A stretch of 64,000 bases of DNA, taken from the NCBI GenBank assembly GCA_009103225.1, contig RHPI01002503.1, positions 1,293,987-1,357,986 of the forward strand. The letters run 5' to 3'. Source of the DNA: Chlorokybus atmophyticus (lineage: Eukaryota; Plantae; Mesostigma and Chlorokybus algae). A program made the position numbers and the translations under genes. A model generated the notes under the pieces. It was not told the DNA's origin and searched no databases. It saw only the letters and a program-made list of their open reading frames with translations. Below are positions 1-14,100 of the stretch, piece after piece. The first letter of the stretch is position 1, and every line of letters starts with the position of its first letter.

Positions 1-109
1 GCATCCCCACGAGTTGGACACTTGCACACAGCATTACCATCACTGCTATATGAGGATACAACAAAACATGAGTTGCCAACTGCTGCTTCTCTCAAAGTGT
101 CACGCTTAC

Positions 110-1499
110 TGGAGAGATGTAGTAAAGAGAGGTGATGGGGTTCATTGTCACGCCTTGCGAGGTGAGCAGAATCTGCGACAACCAACACAACTCGTTGTTA
201 TAGACAGTCTATTTAAGGGAACGAAACCAACAGCACAATGTCGTCAACTCAGAGTGCTCAGTGACAGCTGACACGCACTTTCTCCCCCACCAGTGTCTCA
301 TTTTACCACAGTGTCTCATGCATGACACTACGAATTGCACACACTGTCAACCATGAAGAGGTCTACATCACACACCAACAAAACAATGTGCTGCATGTGT
401 CTCGACTTGTTGTGCTCACCCACCTGCACCATGACAAGACGCACGGCCTCGGCCACGATAGCCGCCAGCTGGATGAACACACCCGTAGGCACAAAGTTGA
501 TCTCACCATACGAAGCAACCGCCACACCAATGCTGATGACGATCATGTTGGTCATAATCTTCGCATGGAACGACTGCGACAACAACAGTGCCACAAATCA
601 GCACCTCCACATGCAGTGCACACATGCATACACATGCGCACACTAACACATACGCACATGCGAGGAAGCACACACATAAAACGCCCCAGTTTCCACATAC
701 TCACGCACACACACGTGCACACATGCAACACATGTGCGCACCTCCTTGCCGAAGAGGATGGAGATGGAGTACACGGCGACAGGCATGAGAGCCTTGAGCA
801 TCTGGATGAATGAGACGGACAAGTACAAGTAGGCGGAGTTGCTGAACCACAGCGACGCCGCGTACAACGCTCCAATCGGCATCACCTGTGCATTCCATAA
901 AATACACACGCTTATGCAAATGCATGCTTTACTTTACACGAACCACCATATACATGACAGTGAACAGACCAAGAAACGTATGCAATGCAATGCAATGCAA
1001 TGCATTGCTCTATCCCAATGCACATGCGTGTTGGCGTGCATGCGCGTGTGTGTGGGGGTGTATGCGGGAGTGCACATGTGTGTGTTGGGGGGACCATGTA
1101 TGCATAAGCGTGTACAATGTGTGTTTGCAGACCTGAGTGACGTATTGCTTGGAGGTCATGTCAAGTGGCTGAACCCAGCCCAGCACGCGGATGATGATGA
1201 ACGCCAGGACGGAGCAGAAGCCCATGTGAATCATCGTCAAAGCCTGCAACAGCGAGTCAGTCGAACAGCCATCTACCTCTACTACTCTTCTTCTCTCTAA
1301 GCACGCGATGCACACAATGCACACCCATATTCACATACACACATACCAGAGGGTAGGGAAACTTGTAGAAGAAGAGGACCCATTTGTTGTAAAGGATGAC
1401 GGTGGCTGACAGACAAATCCATATCGCCACGTAGGTGTACGCCTGCACAATGTGCTTCGCCACGGCGCTGCGGCTCTTCTCCTCAGGCCCCGCCGCCAT
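110..1499 (-). CDS. TPT/nucleotide-sugar transporter family protein (probable sugar phosphate/phosphate translocator); 3' part runs off the window start
   Basis: Manually spliced exons 1499-1347, 1243-1133, 885-742, 573-424 and 172-110 with GT-AG boundaries, all phase 0. They give ...[22 protein letters not shown]...[11 protein letters not shown]...[25 protein letters not shown]...GVAVASYGE...[27 protein letters not shown], matching the plant At5g25400/At5g11230-type TPT subfamily from memory. Confidence 0.93.
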
Positions 1500-4400
1500 C
1501 TCTAATACCCTTCCCCTGGCCTGGTTAAGCCGCCCCCCTCTACCCCTCTGGCCTGGCCTGGGCCTGGGCCTGGCCCTGGCCTGCTTTGACCGCCCTCTCC
1601 TGTCACACAGTCAGTCAAACACAGACTCCACTCAACAAGCCGAGCCTGCACAATGCCGCCCCCTTGAGGATGTCCTCGTACACGCTACTCCTCCTCCGCC
1701 TCCTCGACTTCCTCCTTCTCCTCCGCCTCCGGCGCCGTAGCCGCCGCCGCCGTGAACTGACAGCACACTGCGCTGGCCTCAGCGTTGATGCTGGCCTAAG
1801 CTGGCAAAGCTGGCAAAACACAACACTATTGTTATTGCCAAGCAATGTGTGCGAAGACCTTTGCTCTAGCCAATGGATAGCGTAACTTGCCTCGACATGG
1901 GGTGCCTATCACGCGCACCAGGTGGGAGGGGGCTAGTCTTATACAAAGTTGTGAAAGCTGGTGAAAAAGGCGCAACGGTGCACGCCACACAGGCACATGA
2001 CGGGGGGGGCGAAAAAAAGGAATCAATTAGTCTGGGTGTCATGCACTGCGTGATGAGAGATGTGCGACATGTAAGCAGCAGGTGTGATGTGTGTGACACA
2101 CACATCACAGTGTGTCACATCATGTGACACATGACTGCGTGATGCAATGTGTGACATGTGATGTGGTTGGCTAACAGGCAGGCTCAGTTCCGATGTCTTT
2201 GTCGGCGGAAAACTTTTCACGACCAAAACACATCCTTCCAAAGGGCATGGGTAATGCTGCAAGCAAGGCGTCCTCACCAAGAAAATGTACTAGCTGGGCA
2301 TGTAACTGATTTATTATGGTGGTGCTGGGTTGTGTGAATGCTCAAGTGCTAAGACCTCGACGTGCTGCATGTGTTGTGTTGCATGTTGTGGTAAGCATGC
2401 ATGTCATACAATGTTGTATATCATTTATATGCATATCATCAACAATGCTAATGGCCCATTATGCCGGGCTTTCAAAGCCTGACTTAGCAGTCATGTAACG
2501 ACCAAGTGGCAGATGGTGACCATGCAACTTAACCTGCAGCATGCATATCATAGGCAATTGTTTATGAAGAGATTAAGGAAACACGCTGGGCTGCAAAATG
2601 AGCATGATAGTCATATCATTAATATTAACATTGTAATTTAAAGAGGCTTTAGCCAACTTAAGGCAACTGAAATTGTTCACCTCGCCGTTTACCAAGCCCC
2701 CACATTCATTTTTGCCCCCTTTTCGGAACCTTATATGTCCCCAAACTGGCTTTAAATTTTCAGATGGTTGCTGCGATTATAGCCTGCTAACGGCAGCAGG
2801 CTTTGTTATCAATCTGCGTGGTGTATAGATAAGACTGCTGCCCTTGCCTGCTGCCTGCTCTACTCCCTCTAGCCTATTGCATTTATGCATATGTAAGCCC
2901 CTCACATTATATTGTTGCTTGACATGTTGTGTTCGCAATGAACTCAGAACCTCGTCAGCTGCTTGTTACCTACCTCATTTCTTTCATTGGCCCCATTTGC
3001 ATGTATATGCCATGATATCGGTGTATACAACGATATCATGGTACACAACCCTCCGGGATCCGGCGGCCGGCAATAACTTGTCGTAGTACAATGCCTTGCT
3101 AAGTATAATACTCTTGCACTTAAGATTTCACTATCCACACATATAATATACCAATCTACCGATGGTTCAGTCATTAATGCTGCCAGCCGCTACCACTCGT
3201 AATATTTTACATGCATGCATGCTTGCAAACGTTACAAGGTATATCAGCATACATGCCACATATAACATGTGTTACATAAGTGTAATGCATGCATATATTA
3301 TGTATACATATATAATTTATCGTACTTACTCAGATACTATGGGCAAACATAGCGTGGTGTACCAGCGTACATGTGCCACATGTAACAGCGTTTGGTTCAA
3401 GCAAAAATGCTATTTGTCATACACGCACGTGATATGGAGTGTACAGATACTCCAAGCTTCATGTATGCTGATGGTCGGAATCAACAGCAATAGCGTAAGC
3501 ATAAACTTTGCATTTATCGAGATGAGCTTGCTACTTTTCTGATGCATATAAATGACAATTATTATACAAAATAATTTATAACAATACATTTAATTTCCAT
3601 CATCAATGCGCATGGCTTATTCCACCAAAGAATACCGGTCTAACTGCGGTTTCTAAACTATTAAATGTTGTAATGGATAGATGGATGGATTATTGCACTC
3701 ATGATTCAACGTGATTGTAATGATCCCAGTGCCTTATGTGGTATGTACTACACGTGTGGTGCTGCATTTGTGTGTTGATAAATGTGGCCCAACTCCCGGC
3801 TTGACTCGCGGCTGGATTCTTAAGCATCTCTTACGCGAGTTACGTTGTAATATTTAACAGTTTTATACGCAATTGAAGAAGACCATTAAACCTACAAAAC
3901 TAGTAATTACATGCGGACAAGAGTAGTGTAAGTACAAAGCGCGCTGCATGAGACACCAGAAAGCAGCCACCTCCGTCGAGGAAGCTGGGCCTTATTAGCC
4001 TTGGCTATTGCAATGAACGTCGAGTGCAAGCATGCTTGTAACACAAGTGATGGATTATATATGGGCATGCAAAGAATTGTAGTGCACAATCCGGCAAACC
4101 TTGCTATAATGTATCGTGTAAGATGCATATGTTTCGCTTGTGTTTGGGCCTTATCATGGTGATTGTGTGCGGATGCACAAGGCATGTGCTATAGGTTTGG
4201 CATTCGGTTGATACCTGCTACTGCCATGCCTCGGCCCACAATTGCATAGATCACATAACGTAGATTGGGTAAAGCTTTGGACTCAATTCAAAGTTGTCGG
4301 CCTCTGCATTTGCCTGCTTTGCATCTCGTGCATGCCTGAGCATGCGTGCCTACAGTGTACACCTTATGCGTGCTGCATTTGTTGAGAACATTTACATTGG

Positions 4401-5365
4401 CGTTGCCTTTTTATTGTATGCATTAGTGGGGAGTTGGTGTGTGTACAGACTGCAGTGCAGTGATGTGCCCGTGTACAAAAGATGCAATGGGGTTTTTATA
4501 CATGCAACTATGCGTGAATGTGCAACCAATCAAACATCACAACAACCCACGGTGCGCATGTGCTGCATGCAATAAATTGGTGGGAGTTGATGTACAGGAT
4601 ATGCTGCCAGTAGTTGTAGACATGCATGACATCACTCACAGCATGCCAAACAGCATGCAAGCACGTGTTCATTGCTGTGCTGTGAGTGCTTAGTGTGTGT
4701 TCGGTGCCTGGGTGTGTTTGTGTGTTGGCAAACGAGTAGTGTGCACGGCATGATGTGCATCCACTGCTATGCCTTATGCTATGACGTGGGTGCTCTGCGT
4801 GTGGGTGTTGGAGTAATGTATCTGTGCGTGTCGTATGTGCACAGCATAGCGTGCAACCATGATTGTGCCGATGCTCGCACGCACGGCTGCACGCCCAAGC
4901 TCGTGAGGTCGAACTCAATCATAGCCCATGATGTCATGGATGTGAAGTTAAAGAAAACAAGCATAGTAAGCGAGTAGTAGTGCATAAAGCATGGAAGAGT
5001 TTGATGCAATCAACAATGTCTACTTTGAAGCACGATTGCACCACGCATGTTGGCCCACCGGCTTCTGGCTCACTGCGTACGTTCTGTGTAGATGAGGAGC
5101 TATTGTGGTCGCTGCCGTGCTATTCTTCAAGTGCTGCCGAGGGCCCAGCGCGCTACTGCTGCTGCCGTCGTACTTGCTGGTTGCTGCTGTTGTTCGTATC
5201 TACGCTAACATGCTCTGCTTGCTGCCTATGCCGTTGCTTGTGTGCTGCAGTTGTCCTACTTGTTGCTTGCCACCTTGCTTGACCACAGTCCATGCCTATG
5301 TTCTGTTCAACACCAACAGCACACATGCCCTAGGAGACACACCGCAGAATGGTTATTGGTTAGTG

Positions 5366-8300
5366 TTAACCTCGTGTTTGTGCTTTAGATGAATCCTTCT
5401 GCATGACAAACACAATACCCATGCCGACAATGAGGCAAGCTAGCAGCGCCGCAAATAGCACGGCACCCGGCCGGCGTACTTGCGCATAACCGTAAACGCC
5501 ATCCGCGCCAACCAAGATGATGTCATTAAAGCCATCACCCGTGAAGTCCGCACGCACAAGTCTCTCCACAGGGGCACTCTCGAGCTCAAATGAAGTCAAC
5601 TGCTCTCCTGAAGCAGACAGCAAGATCGCTCTTGATTCACCCGCAACGAGCACGATATCAGCCACGGCGTTGCTGCGCAGCGAGAAGGCTTCGAGCGTCG
5701 GGACAACGTGGTGTGTGGTGCCGGGCTTGCTTGCAGGCCACGATGGACCGGCAATATACTGCCATCGCTTTGTGCCGTCAGGAGCAAATGACGTAACCTG
5801 TGTGCAGTGTGGGCGTGTGTGAGAGTGTGTGTGTGTGTGCGCGCGTGCACACGCACGAACACGTGCATGCGTGTGTCACCAATCAAGACAACAACACGCG
5901 CTGTGTGTGACACACAACAGGGCTACAGTACAGAGACACACACACAGCGCATGTTGCGGGCTGCCAAACAACGAGTTGGGCACTGACCCGCTTCTCACCT
6001 CTCCAAATGAGTTGAAGAAGAGGCTGTCAAAGGTGTGGTGGCCATGGCGTATGTGACGGCGCGGCAGCAGCACGGGAGGTGCGACGGCGATGCCACGCTC
6101 GCTGTCGTCGCCAAAGACGTTGCGTGCAAACATGCGCTCGATTGTGCGCGAGGCCATACGACATATGGACCCGTTGAACAACTGCTCTCTCACGGGCACG
6201 CCCGATGTTGCCACGGCCCAACAACGCCGAAGCAACCGGTGATGAGACTCCTGCCCATCAGAGCTGCCATGGCTGTCCACAGCCTGGGACGAAGGTACGC
6301 TACATTAGTAGTGTAGACTTGTGCACGCAATGTGTCGATCACCTTTGAGCACATGTGTATGAGGTGTACCTGCACGTGATCGAGAACACCGTCGCCATTG
6401 ATGTCTGCATGCACGCCGGGATGAGGCAGGTGCAGCTGGCACACCGTGCGTCCCGTGAATAAGTGCACTGCCTCAATGCCCTCCTGCATGAATGAACGAG
6501 TGAGTGTTGGTTTTACAACAACCTTGACAAACAATGCGCAACAACCCCACATCTTACCTGCAGATGCGCAACAAGCACGTTGGGAGTGTTGTGATCGACG
6601 TGATTGTGTGCCTGGCCATTGTTGCCATCACCGTTACTGCCCTTTTCCGGCTTGCTTAGCAGCTCGGCCCTTCGGCCTCCTTTGCTCCCCTTTGCAGCAC
6701 CAACAACCTGGCAAACGCCCGCAACATGTTAATAGATGCGCACACACACATACACACATGCGTGCACGCACATGCGTGAACAAGCACGCACGATGAGAGG
6801 CGCATGCGAGAACGAGCGCACACGCACGCGTTTACACAAGTGTCACCTTCTTGATGCCTTGTGCGAGGGCGTTGTCGTGCCCGTGGATTGGTTTTGGTGG
6901 TGGTGAGACGCCTTGCTTGGCCACAACCTTCTTGCGAGTCTTCTGAAAGTGCGCGAGGCGGAAACGCGTGTCGTGAATGTCATCCCACTTGTGCGGCATC
7001 ACAGCCAACACCGCATCTCTATACTCCCTGCACTCCACCTAAACACGCAACAACCTGTTTGTATGTGCGACCATGTTGGGGAAATGGTGAAAACGTGAGT
7101 TGCGTGTGTACCTCGCCAAAGTGTTTGCCATTGAGAGCAGTGGCGTCAAGCTTGTAGTTGTGTTGAGGCAACAGTTCCTCGCTCATCGCCGAGTGGTCCC
7201 GCACAAAGTCCGTGCTTTCGTGTCGCCACCGCAGCTCTCCGGTGCCGCCCGCAAATGCATAGTAGCTGCATGAACACAACAACACTCTGTCACACTTCCG
7301 GACACCACCAACACGCGTCAACACACGCGCACACACGGGCATGGACACGCACTCGTACACATACACATACACCAACCTGAAATGCCGTTCCTTTCCTTCA
7401 GCGAGCTTGATGTCCTCGAGCGGTGCTTTGTCGTCCGCAGACCTCGCGTGCAACTCTTCGCTCTGCTCCCATGCAAGCTCTTCCTCAAGCGGGTCCTCCT
7501 CATCCTCCCAGCGCGCTTCGGCCCCCTGTGTGAATGGTCTCATGCTCATCGACCCCAACAGCAGCAAAAATGAGGTGAATGTGTGTGATGTTGGTATCCC
7601 AACCTGAGGGTCCACCTTCATGGCGCCGCCAATGATTACAACGCCTCGATCGCCGGCATGCATGCGATGGGAGTTGATCAGCACAGTCACCTCTTTCCAG
7701 TGTGCTCCATCGGGCCATTCCGCCTGCATACACACATCCCAAGTTAGCAGTTGAGGGTCACACTGTACAACAAGCATAGCGTGAGCTCCCAGCATTCATG
7801 CTTGACTTCATGCTTAGATGCGCATGTGTGTGAGAGAGTATGCGAGGCAGGTGCGCCCGTGACGTGTGCATTTGCGTGGGTGCATGCGTGCCAGAACATG
7901 TGCGTACTTGAATCATACCCTTGTGTGTGCCTGAACATGCAAATCCCAAGACAATACATCGACATACACAGTTCAACTGCATGCAAGCGCCCCTCAACAC
8001 CCTCCCATCACACGCGCCCACATCCACAACCTCAACGACCAACCGACCTTGACGCTCGTCTCCCACACCAGCTGCAGGTTGTGATCGTAGCACATGATCT
8101 GCCATCCGGTGGTCACCACGACGATCACGCGCTTCCTCCGAGGCGTGTTTCCCGCGGAGGGAGAAGGAGGCGGGTCCAAGTGGCCGGTCGCGAGGGCGAT
8201 GGCGCGACGGCCGGGGAGGAAACGGACGGGGGCGCCGCTGGGGGCAGAGGGGAGCAAAGACACCTGCATACGGAAACGGAGGACCGGATGAATGCTCGTG

Positions 8301-8910
8301 TCAAGACGCATGCGCGACTGAGGTAAGTACAAGCTTGGCAATGTGCATGTGCATGTCCATGTTATTGTCGTGATGGTTGTATTTACTGTTGTTGTTGTTG
8401 TCGTTGTTTGTTTGATGCTAGTGTCATACTGTTACTATGCTACACCAAACTACTTACTAACAGGGGGTTTGCTTGCACTGAAACACTGTGTGCATTATTG
8501 TTTACAATAATGCACACAGTGTTTCAGTTGTTAGTGTTACTGTTGATGACGATGTTGATGTTGAAAGGTGTTGCTTGCGCTGAACCCGGATGTGCTTTAC
8601 TGACCTGAGCTAGGACTTTGGCCTGGGCGAAGGTGTCTGCGTCCGGGTCAGCGGGGGCGGCGGGATCAAGGACGAGTAGCTTGGCATCGTGGGTGGCTAG
8701 GAGGACCTCAAGTCTGCCGTCACCATTGAGATCAGCCACAACGGGGGGCGGCAGTGGCTCCCCCGTTGTCCCCGCCGCCCACGCCGCCTTCCAGGTCCGG
8801 CCTAGAGGGTAGCGCCAGGCCGCCTCGAAGCCGAAACCACCCTCCCGCCGCACCAGCAGGAAGAGGCAGACCACACCGGCCAGAAGCACGCCCAAGTCAC
8901 GCCGCCTCAT
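5366..8910 (-). CDS. NERD1: FG-GAP-repeat single-pass membrane protein, NERD1 (At3g51050)-like
   Basis: ATG at 8910 (MRRRDLGVLL...LPPPVVADLNGDGRLEVLLATHDAKL). Further exons give GRRAIALATG, VVVTTGWQIMCYDHNLQLVWE, YYAFAGGTGELRW, LLPQHNYKLD, ECREYRDAVLAVMPHKWD, EGIEAVHLFTGRT, HADINGDGVLDHVQ, CWAVATSGVPVREQLFNGSIC and DFTGDGFNDIILV, then a C-terminal TM (GAVLFAALLACLIVGMGIVFV) and a stop at 5366. Colinear with the Arabidopsis protein as recalled. Confidence 0.9.
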
Positions 8911-10844
8911 GACGCCGACCACCACGCCCACACCCACAACGACCAAAGCTACAACTACCAGGCAGTGCAGTAGCTTGGTTCTCTGCCGGCGGCGGCGGCG
9001 GCGGCGGCGGTTAAGTGGTTCAGGATGTGGCTTAGGAGAGTCACACATGGCTTGCACTGCTGGCTGGCGTTGACACAGTGCAGCGGTGAGGTGAGAACTG
9101 ACGTTGCTTGTTTGGCATGCAACAGTGGAACAGTGCATGTGTGCGTTGGTCAGCTTACTACGTAGTTGGGTTTACACAAGGAAGCAGTAAGCAAGTAGTG
9201 CATTCAAGTATTAGTTTTCAGGCAGATCAGCTGACAGCAAAGTGCAAGTCGTTTTTGAGACATTGGTTGCTCCAGGCAAACGAGGAATCCGTTGCTTGCC
9301 ATCATGCTTATGACCCAACTACTTGCAAGCCGCACACACATGTACGAAATGCATGCACATTGCATCAGTGTCTGGGGTTGAACTTATTGTTGCCACTTTG
9401 TGTGTTGTATATGGTATTAACCGATGCTGCTTTTTGTATACTAATTTTGCGGTATGACAAGCTTTGTGACCTGCTATGCACCGCTTCTGCTGTGCTTGCT
9501 TTGCCATTGCCAAGCCAAAACCTCGACAATCAGCCTGGCAGTCGAAACTCAAACAGATTGTCTGCGCTGATTCTCAGTTACCAGCAGTCTCTGACCGTAC
9601 AAATGCAAGCCTACACGCACACGCACAACCACTACAAGAACACATGTACACCCACGCACGCATGCACCCACGTGCATGCGCGCGTACACTCACGCTCATT
9701 CGTCACACTCACTCAGATACTTGATCCACTCCTTCACACATGTGCGTGTACGCCCAGACACATGCACACGCACACACACTTGCATAAGCCTGAGAAGAAA
9801 CATTGTCAGCTTGCTGTTTTACGGTGCGCCTGCCAGAACTTTAGTACGCGGCGCATGTTCAGTGTGTGTGCAAAGTCAACCTGCTCTCGCACACGTACCG
9901 CGTATGTTCTATGCGTCCAGCATTGACCAGCGGGGCCACAGGCACTAATGTTTCCGGCCCTGTTTTGGAGAAGTTGGCAAGAGTAGAACTGTAGCCAATT
10001 GTTGGGTGTACGCACGACACAAGAAACTCATACATGGTGGTGGTGTTTACATATGTTGTGAAGCTTGGGCCAGCCCATGCTGGCCATCATTTATTTGTGC
10101 CTTGCTTTGGTGTTTTACGTGGCAGTTGCAATTGCTTGGTTGTGGACAGCTTAGACTACCAGATGCCACAGCCACACGCGCATGCGTTCGGATGTGCACA
10201 CAGTCACGCAGTTGTACATTACTATGTGCATATAATACTACTGCCGATATGAGTCACATACAGTGACTCATATCGGCATGAGTGTTATATGATGCGTGCG
10301 CACAGCCGACAATGCGTATCTGAATTTCAACATGTTACGCCATGTGAGTAGATAAAGTATGCTGCATGCCATGGCATGCATGCGCAATCAATATGGTAGG
10401 CAGTAATGGTGGTGTGAGTAGGATGTAGATTGCAGAGGTACGAAACTTTCAGATGTGCCCGGTGTTGCATGTAAGCGTATGACTGAGGCGAGTGCGGGGC
10501 GGGTGTTATGACAATGTATACGATGGATGCGTGCTTAGCATTCGTTACATCTTAACAAATGCGTCTTGGAGAGTTGTACACTCACATCATTCATGGTGTG
10601 ACATCTTATGTGCCAGTCCTTGATGCATCATGAGCAATCTGAACGTTTCCACCGGTATTCGCATCAAATGAGTTTTAGGCAAATCAACACACTGAGTTGG
10701 TAGCATGGGGTTCTGGACCCAGTACCGTCAATGGTATCGTTACACAAGGTACTGACCTGGGTAGCGATTGACCTCCAGAGAGTGGGCGCGCGCTAGCTCG
10801 CGCAGTTCAGTGTCGCGCACTTTGTCTTTAACGGTTTGATTCAG

Positions 10845-10925
10845 CGTCGGGCGCGCGCGCGCGCACGAAAGAAACAGAAATAGCGCGCGCGCTCCTACCG
10901 GTGGCGGCGGCGGCGGCGGCGGGGA
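10845..10925. promoter_or_regulatory. CG-rich putative core promoter region between divergent NERD1-like and coiled-coil genes
   Basis: Two (CG)n tracts flank an A-rich spacer (gcgcgcgcgcgc-acgaaagaaacagaaata-gcgcgcgcgc), followed by a (GGC)n run, about 260 bp upstream of the ATG at 11180. Confidence 0.35.
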
Positions 10926-11179
10926 GGGCGTGGCCCATGGCCCGGGACGAGGAGGCGAGCAGAGGGAGACGGAAGGGTTTTACGTTACGGGCCGTCATTT
11001 TACTTGAGGGGTGAGGAGGGGCGGCCGTCGGCCATGCTCATCCCAACACCGCCGCCGCCGCCAGCTGGGCTGCGCTAGCTAGGGTTTGCGCAGTTGAGGG
11101 CAGTGAGAGGAGGCCTTCATTCCTTGTTCTTGCTGGCATCACCGAAACAGCATCACACACGCCTGCCATAGCCGCATGC

Positions 11180-14100
11180 ATGGCTCACAACTATTTCGGC
11201 AACGGCAACGGCCACAGCAGCAGCGGGTCGCCGCTGTCGAACGGGAGGCCGCTACCCGCAGCCCTGTCGCCGCCGTCCTCCTCGCCAAACTCAACGACGA
11301 ACTCGCGCTCACGCTCAACACGCCAGGTGTGCATCAACACCATGACCCCGTTTGCACTTACGTATCAATATTGTTATCACGGTTAAACTAATTGTTGATA
11401 GTACCTTAACAGTGTGGTACCAACTTCATGTGATTGTTTGTAATTTATTTTATTTGTTATATTGGCAGTTTGGTGGCTATTACTCTTAGTGCTGGTGGCA
11501 AGATCATTGTGGGAAAGTTGAGAGATAACAAGTCGTCGTGGGTACACCATGATTATGATGATATTGTTACTCATGCATAGTTGTTGCGACTACTTACGCC
11601 ATTAGACTTTCCCTTTCAGATATCGCATTCATCTTGTTTGCCGTTTTCGTCCTGTGGTTATCATCGACTGTTTTGTCTTGCTGCTGAGCAATGCACACCG
11701 CGTAAACAACACATGCACATCATACCCACCACACCGTACGCACTATGCGCCCAGGTCTACGCCTCCTCCAAGTCCGCAGACGGCGTGTTTGGCAGCAACG
11801 GTGGACCCTTTGCATTTGATAACAACAAGAGTGGCGGCGGCGGTATGGTGGCGGAGGCGCAGGCGAACGACGCGGCGCTGTGGCTGCGCGCGGCACTCAG
11901 CGAGCGAGAGCTGGAGCTCGTCGAACTGCGGGAGCAGCACATGAGACTCACGCAACAGTCGACACAGGTGGATGCTGGTGCCGTCGTGTTGTTGTGGTTG
12001 TGGTTGTTTAACACACCATTGTTATATAGGCACGGGCGAACTGGGATGAGGCTTTGCGGGCAAAAGACAGGGCCATACAGCAGCTGGAAGATGCGCTCCA
12101 ATCCACACACCGAACATACCAAAGGCAAGAACAACACACAACTACTTCACAGTCACATCAGCATCGACACATCAACACCCAGTCATCGCGTCAACACATC
12201 CATCCAACCACATCCCAACCCGTCCGCCCCACGCAGGCAGCTGAACGAGTTAGCAGCGGCCTCCTCCTCTTCCCACAGCAGCGGATGGGAGCAACAACAA
12301 CAACAACAAGAGGTTGTGCGTCGTGCGGTGGACGAGGCGTTGTCAGCTCATGAGTCGCGGTCGCGTGCCAGTCAGGACGAGGCCGACGCGCGTGCGGAGA
12401 GGGCGGAGAGGGCGCTGCAGGAACAGACCGCGCGACTGGCGGCGGTTGAGCGTACACATGCAAGGAAGAACGCCGACGTGCAGAACGCGATGGAGGAGAT
12501 GAGGGAGACGGTTGCAAACCGAGGAAGGGTGAGAGTGCAGACAATTGTTATGTGTGTTGCAAAAGAATGCGCTTATGTACATGTATATTCGAATGGACAC
12601 GTGCACACACGTACGTACGTGTGAGCAAGTGTCCATGCACGCGCGTGTGTGTGTGTGTGCGCGCGTGTGTGTGCAGGTATGTTTGCGAGTATACAATTGC
12701 GTGCATGTGCGTATATTTGCGTGTGCGTGTGCGTGCCTCTGTGTGTACGGCAATCTCGTACTGCACTTGATTATGTCTTTGTTTGCCTCTTCTGCTTGCC
12801 TTATTCTCCCACGCACACATGTTTAGGCGGTGTCGGAGTTGGAGGCGGAGTGCAACGAGCTGCGCGCGTCCGCTTGGGAGAAGGAGAGCCAGATCGCCGA
12901 GTTGCAGCTCGCTCGTCAGCGCCAAGAAACCACCATCGCACAGTACGTTGTGTCCTCGTATGTGTTACGACTTCAACATTTGCATGTGTACAATACACTG
13001 TACCACGTCCACGCAGGCTGCAAGGGGAGTTGCGGGCGGCCTCTGCCACAATAGCAGACTTGCAAGCGGCTCAAGAAGCATCCTTACAGGTCAGGGATTG
13101 TGTCGTGTTGAGGGTATGTATTCGTGACAAACATACACGCAGTCCCAACGTACAGCACTTGAAGTCTATGCCTCTCTGCAGGCCAAAGAGGATCAGGAAA
13201 GGATACAAGCCCGGGTGGCTGAGCTGCAGGCGAAGATGCTCGAGCTACAGGTGAGCATCCTGTTGGTTTGTGTCAATGTTGGTGCATACCAAAAGGTGAG
13301 GGAGGGTTTTCCTGCAGTCAATGTGGTCATGTGCAGGCCGGAGTGGCGGCCAAAGAGGGCGCCACGAGGCGTGCGAAGGAGCAGTGCCGGCAGCTGCAAG
13401 CTTCCGTCTCATCTTTGCAGCATGAGAAGGCTGTTCAGGACACGGAGATTGCACGGCTGCAGGCGGACGTCCTCAGGCACGTGTACATATTGTTGTAAAG
13501 CAACGAGCTGATTACGTTGGGTTGTTGTGTTGAATGTGTGTTGCATGCACAACAGGTTGAAGAGCACTGCTGAGCAAAGCGAGGCCGAGCGCGACGAGCT
13601 GCAGCACAGATGCGCGCAGCTGCAGCGCGAGCTGGACCACGCACGCCAGTAAGTTGTAACATGTTGGGACTCGCAAACCAACATGGACGTCAACTCATGC
13701 GTGTGCACTCGTGTGGACAGGATTGACACTGCCGGTCTGTCCCAGCGGTTGGACAAGTTTGCTGAGGAGCTGCGGCAGGCCAAGCATAGAGCTCAAGGTT
13801 GGAGTAGTGGACATCTTAGCGCGCCATCCTAGCAAGTGGTTGTTCTCACCAACATTGTTGCGTGCAGAGCTTGGTGCAGAGCTGGCCAAGGAACGGGCTG
13901 CACGAGCGGAAGCCACACAGCAGCTGCACGACTTCCAAAGACAACAGGTGAGAGGGTGCGGTAATACCTCATGGGCAAGCGCGCGGGTGGGTGGGTGTTA
14001 CTACCGCTGATACACGTAACACCCACGTCACAGGTGCTCGCAAACAAGAGGGCGGGGGATGCAACCGCGGACACGCAGCGGGAGCGTGCGAGGGCGGCCG

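Noticed and set aside
1615-1845. Arg-rich minus-strand ORF upstream of the transporter ATG
   Set aside because: A purine-rich low-complexity tract best explained as 5' UTR or a UTR intron; the transporter homology starts at the ATG at 1499.
2000-5300. AT-richer intergenic stretch with short palindromes (gcatgc-type) and small ORFs
   Set aside because: No splice-consistent coding signal, terminal repeats or internal repeats that I could support.
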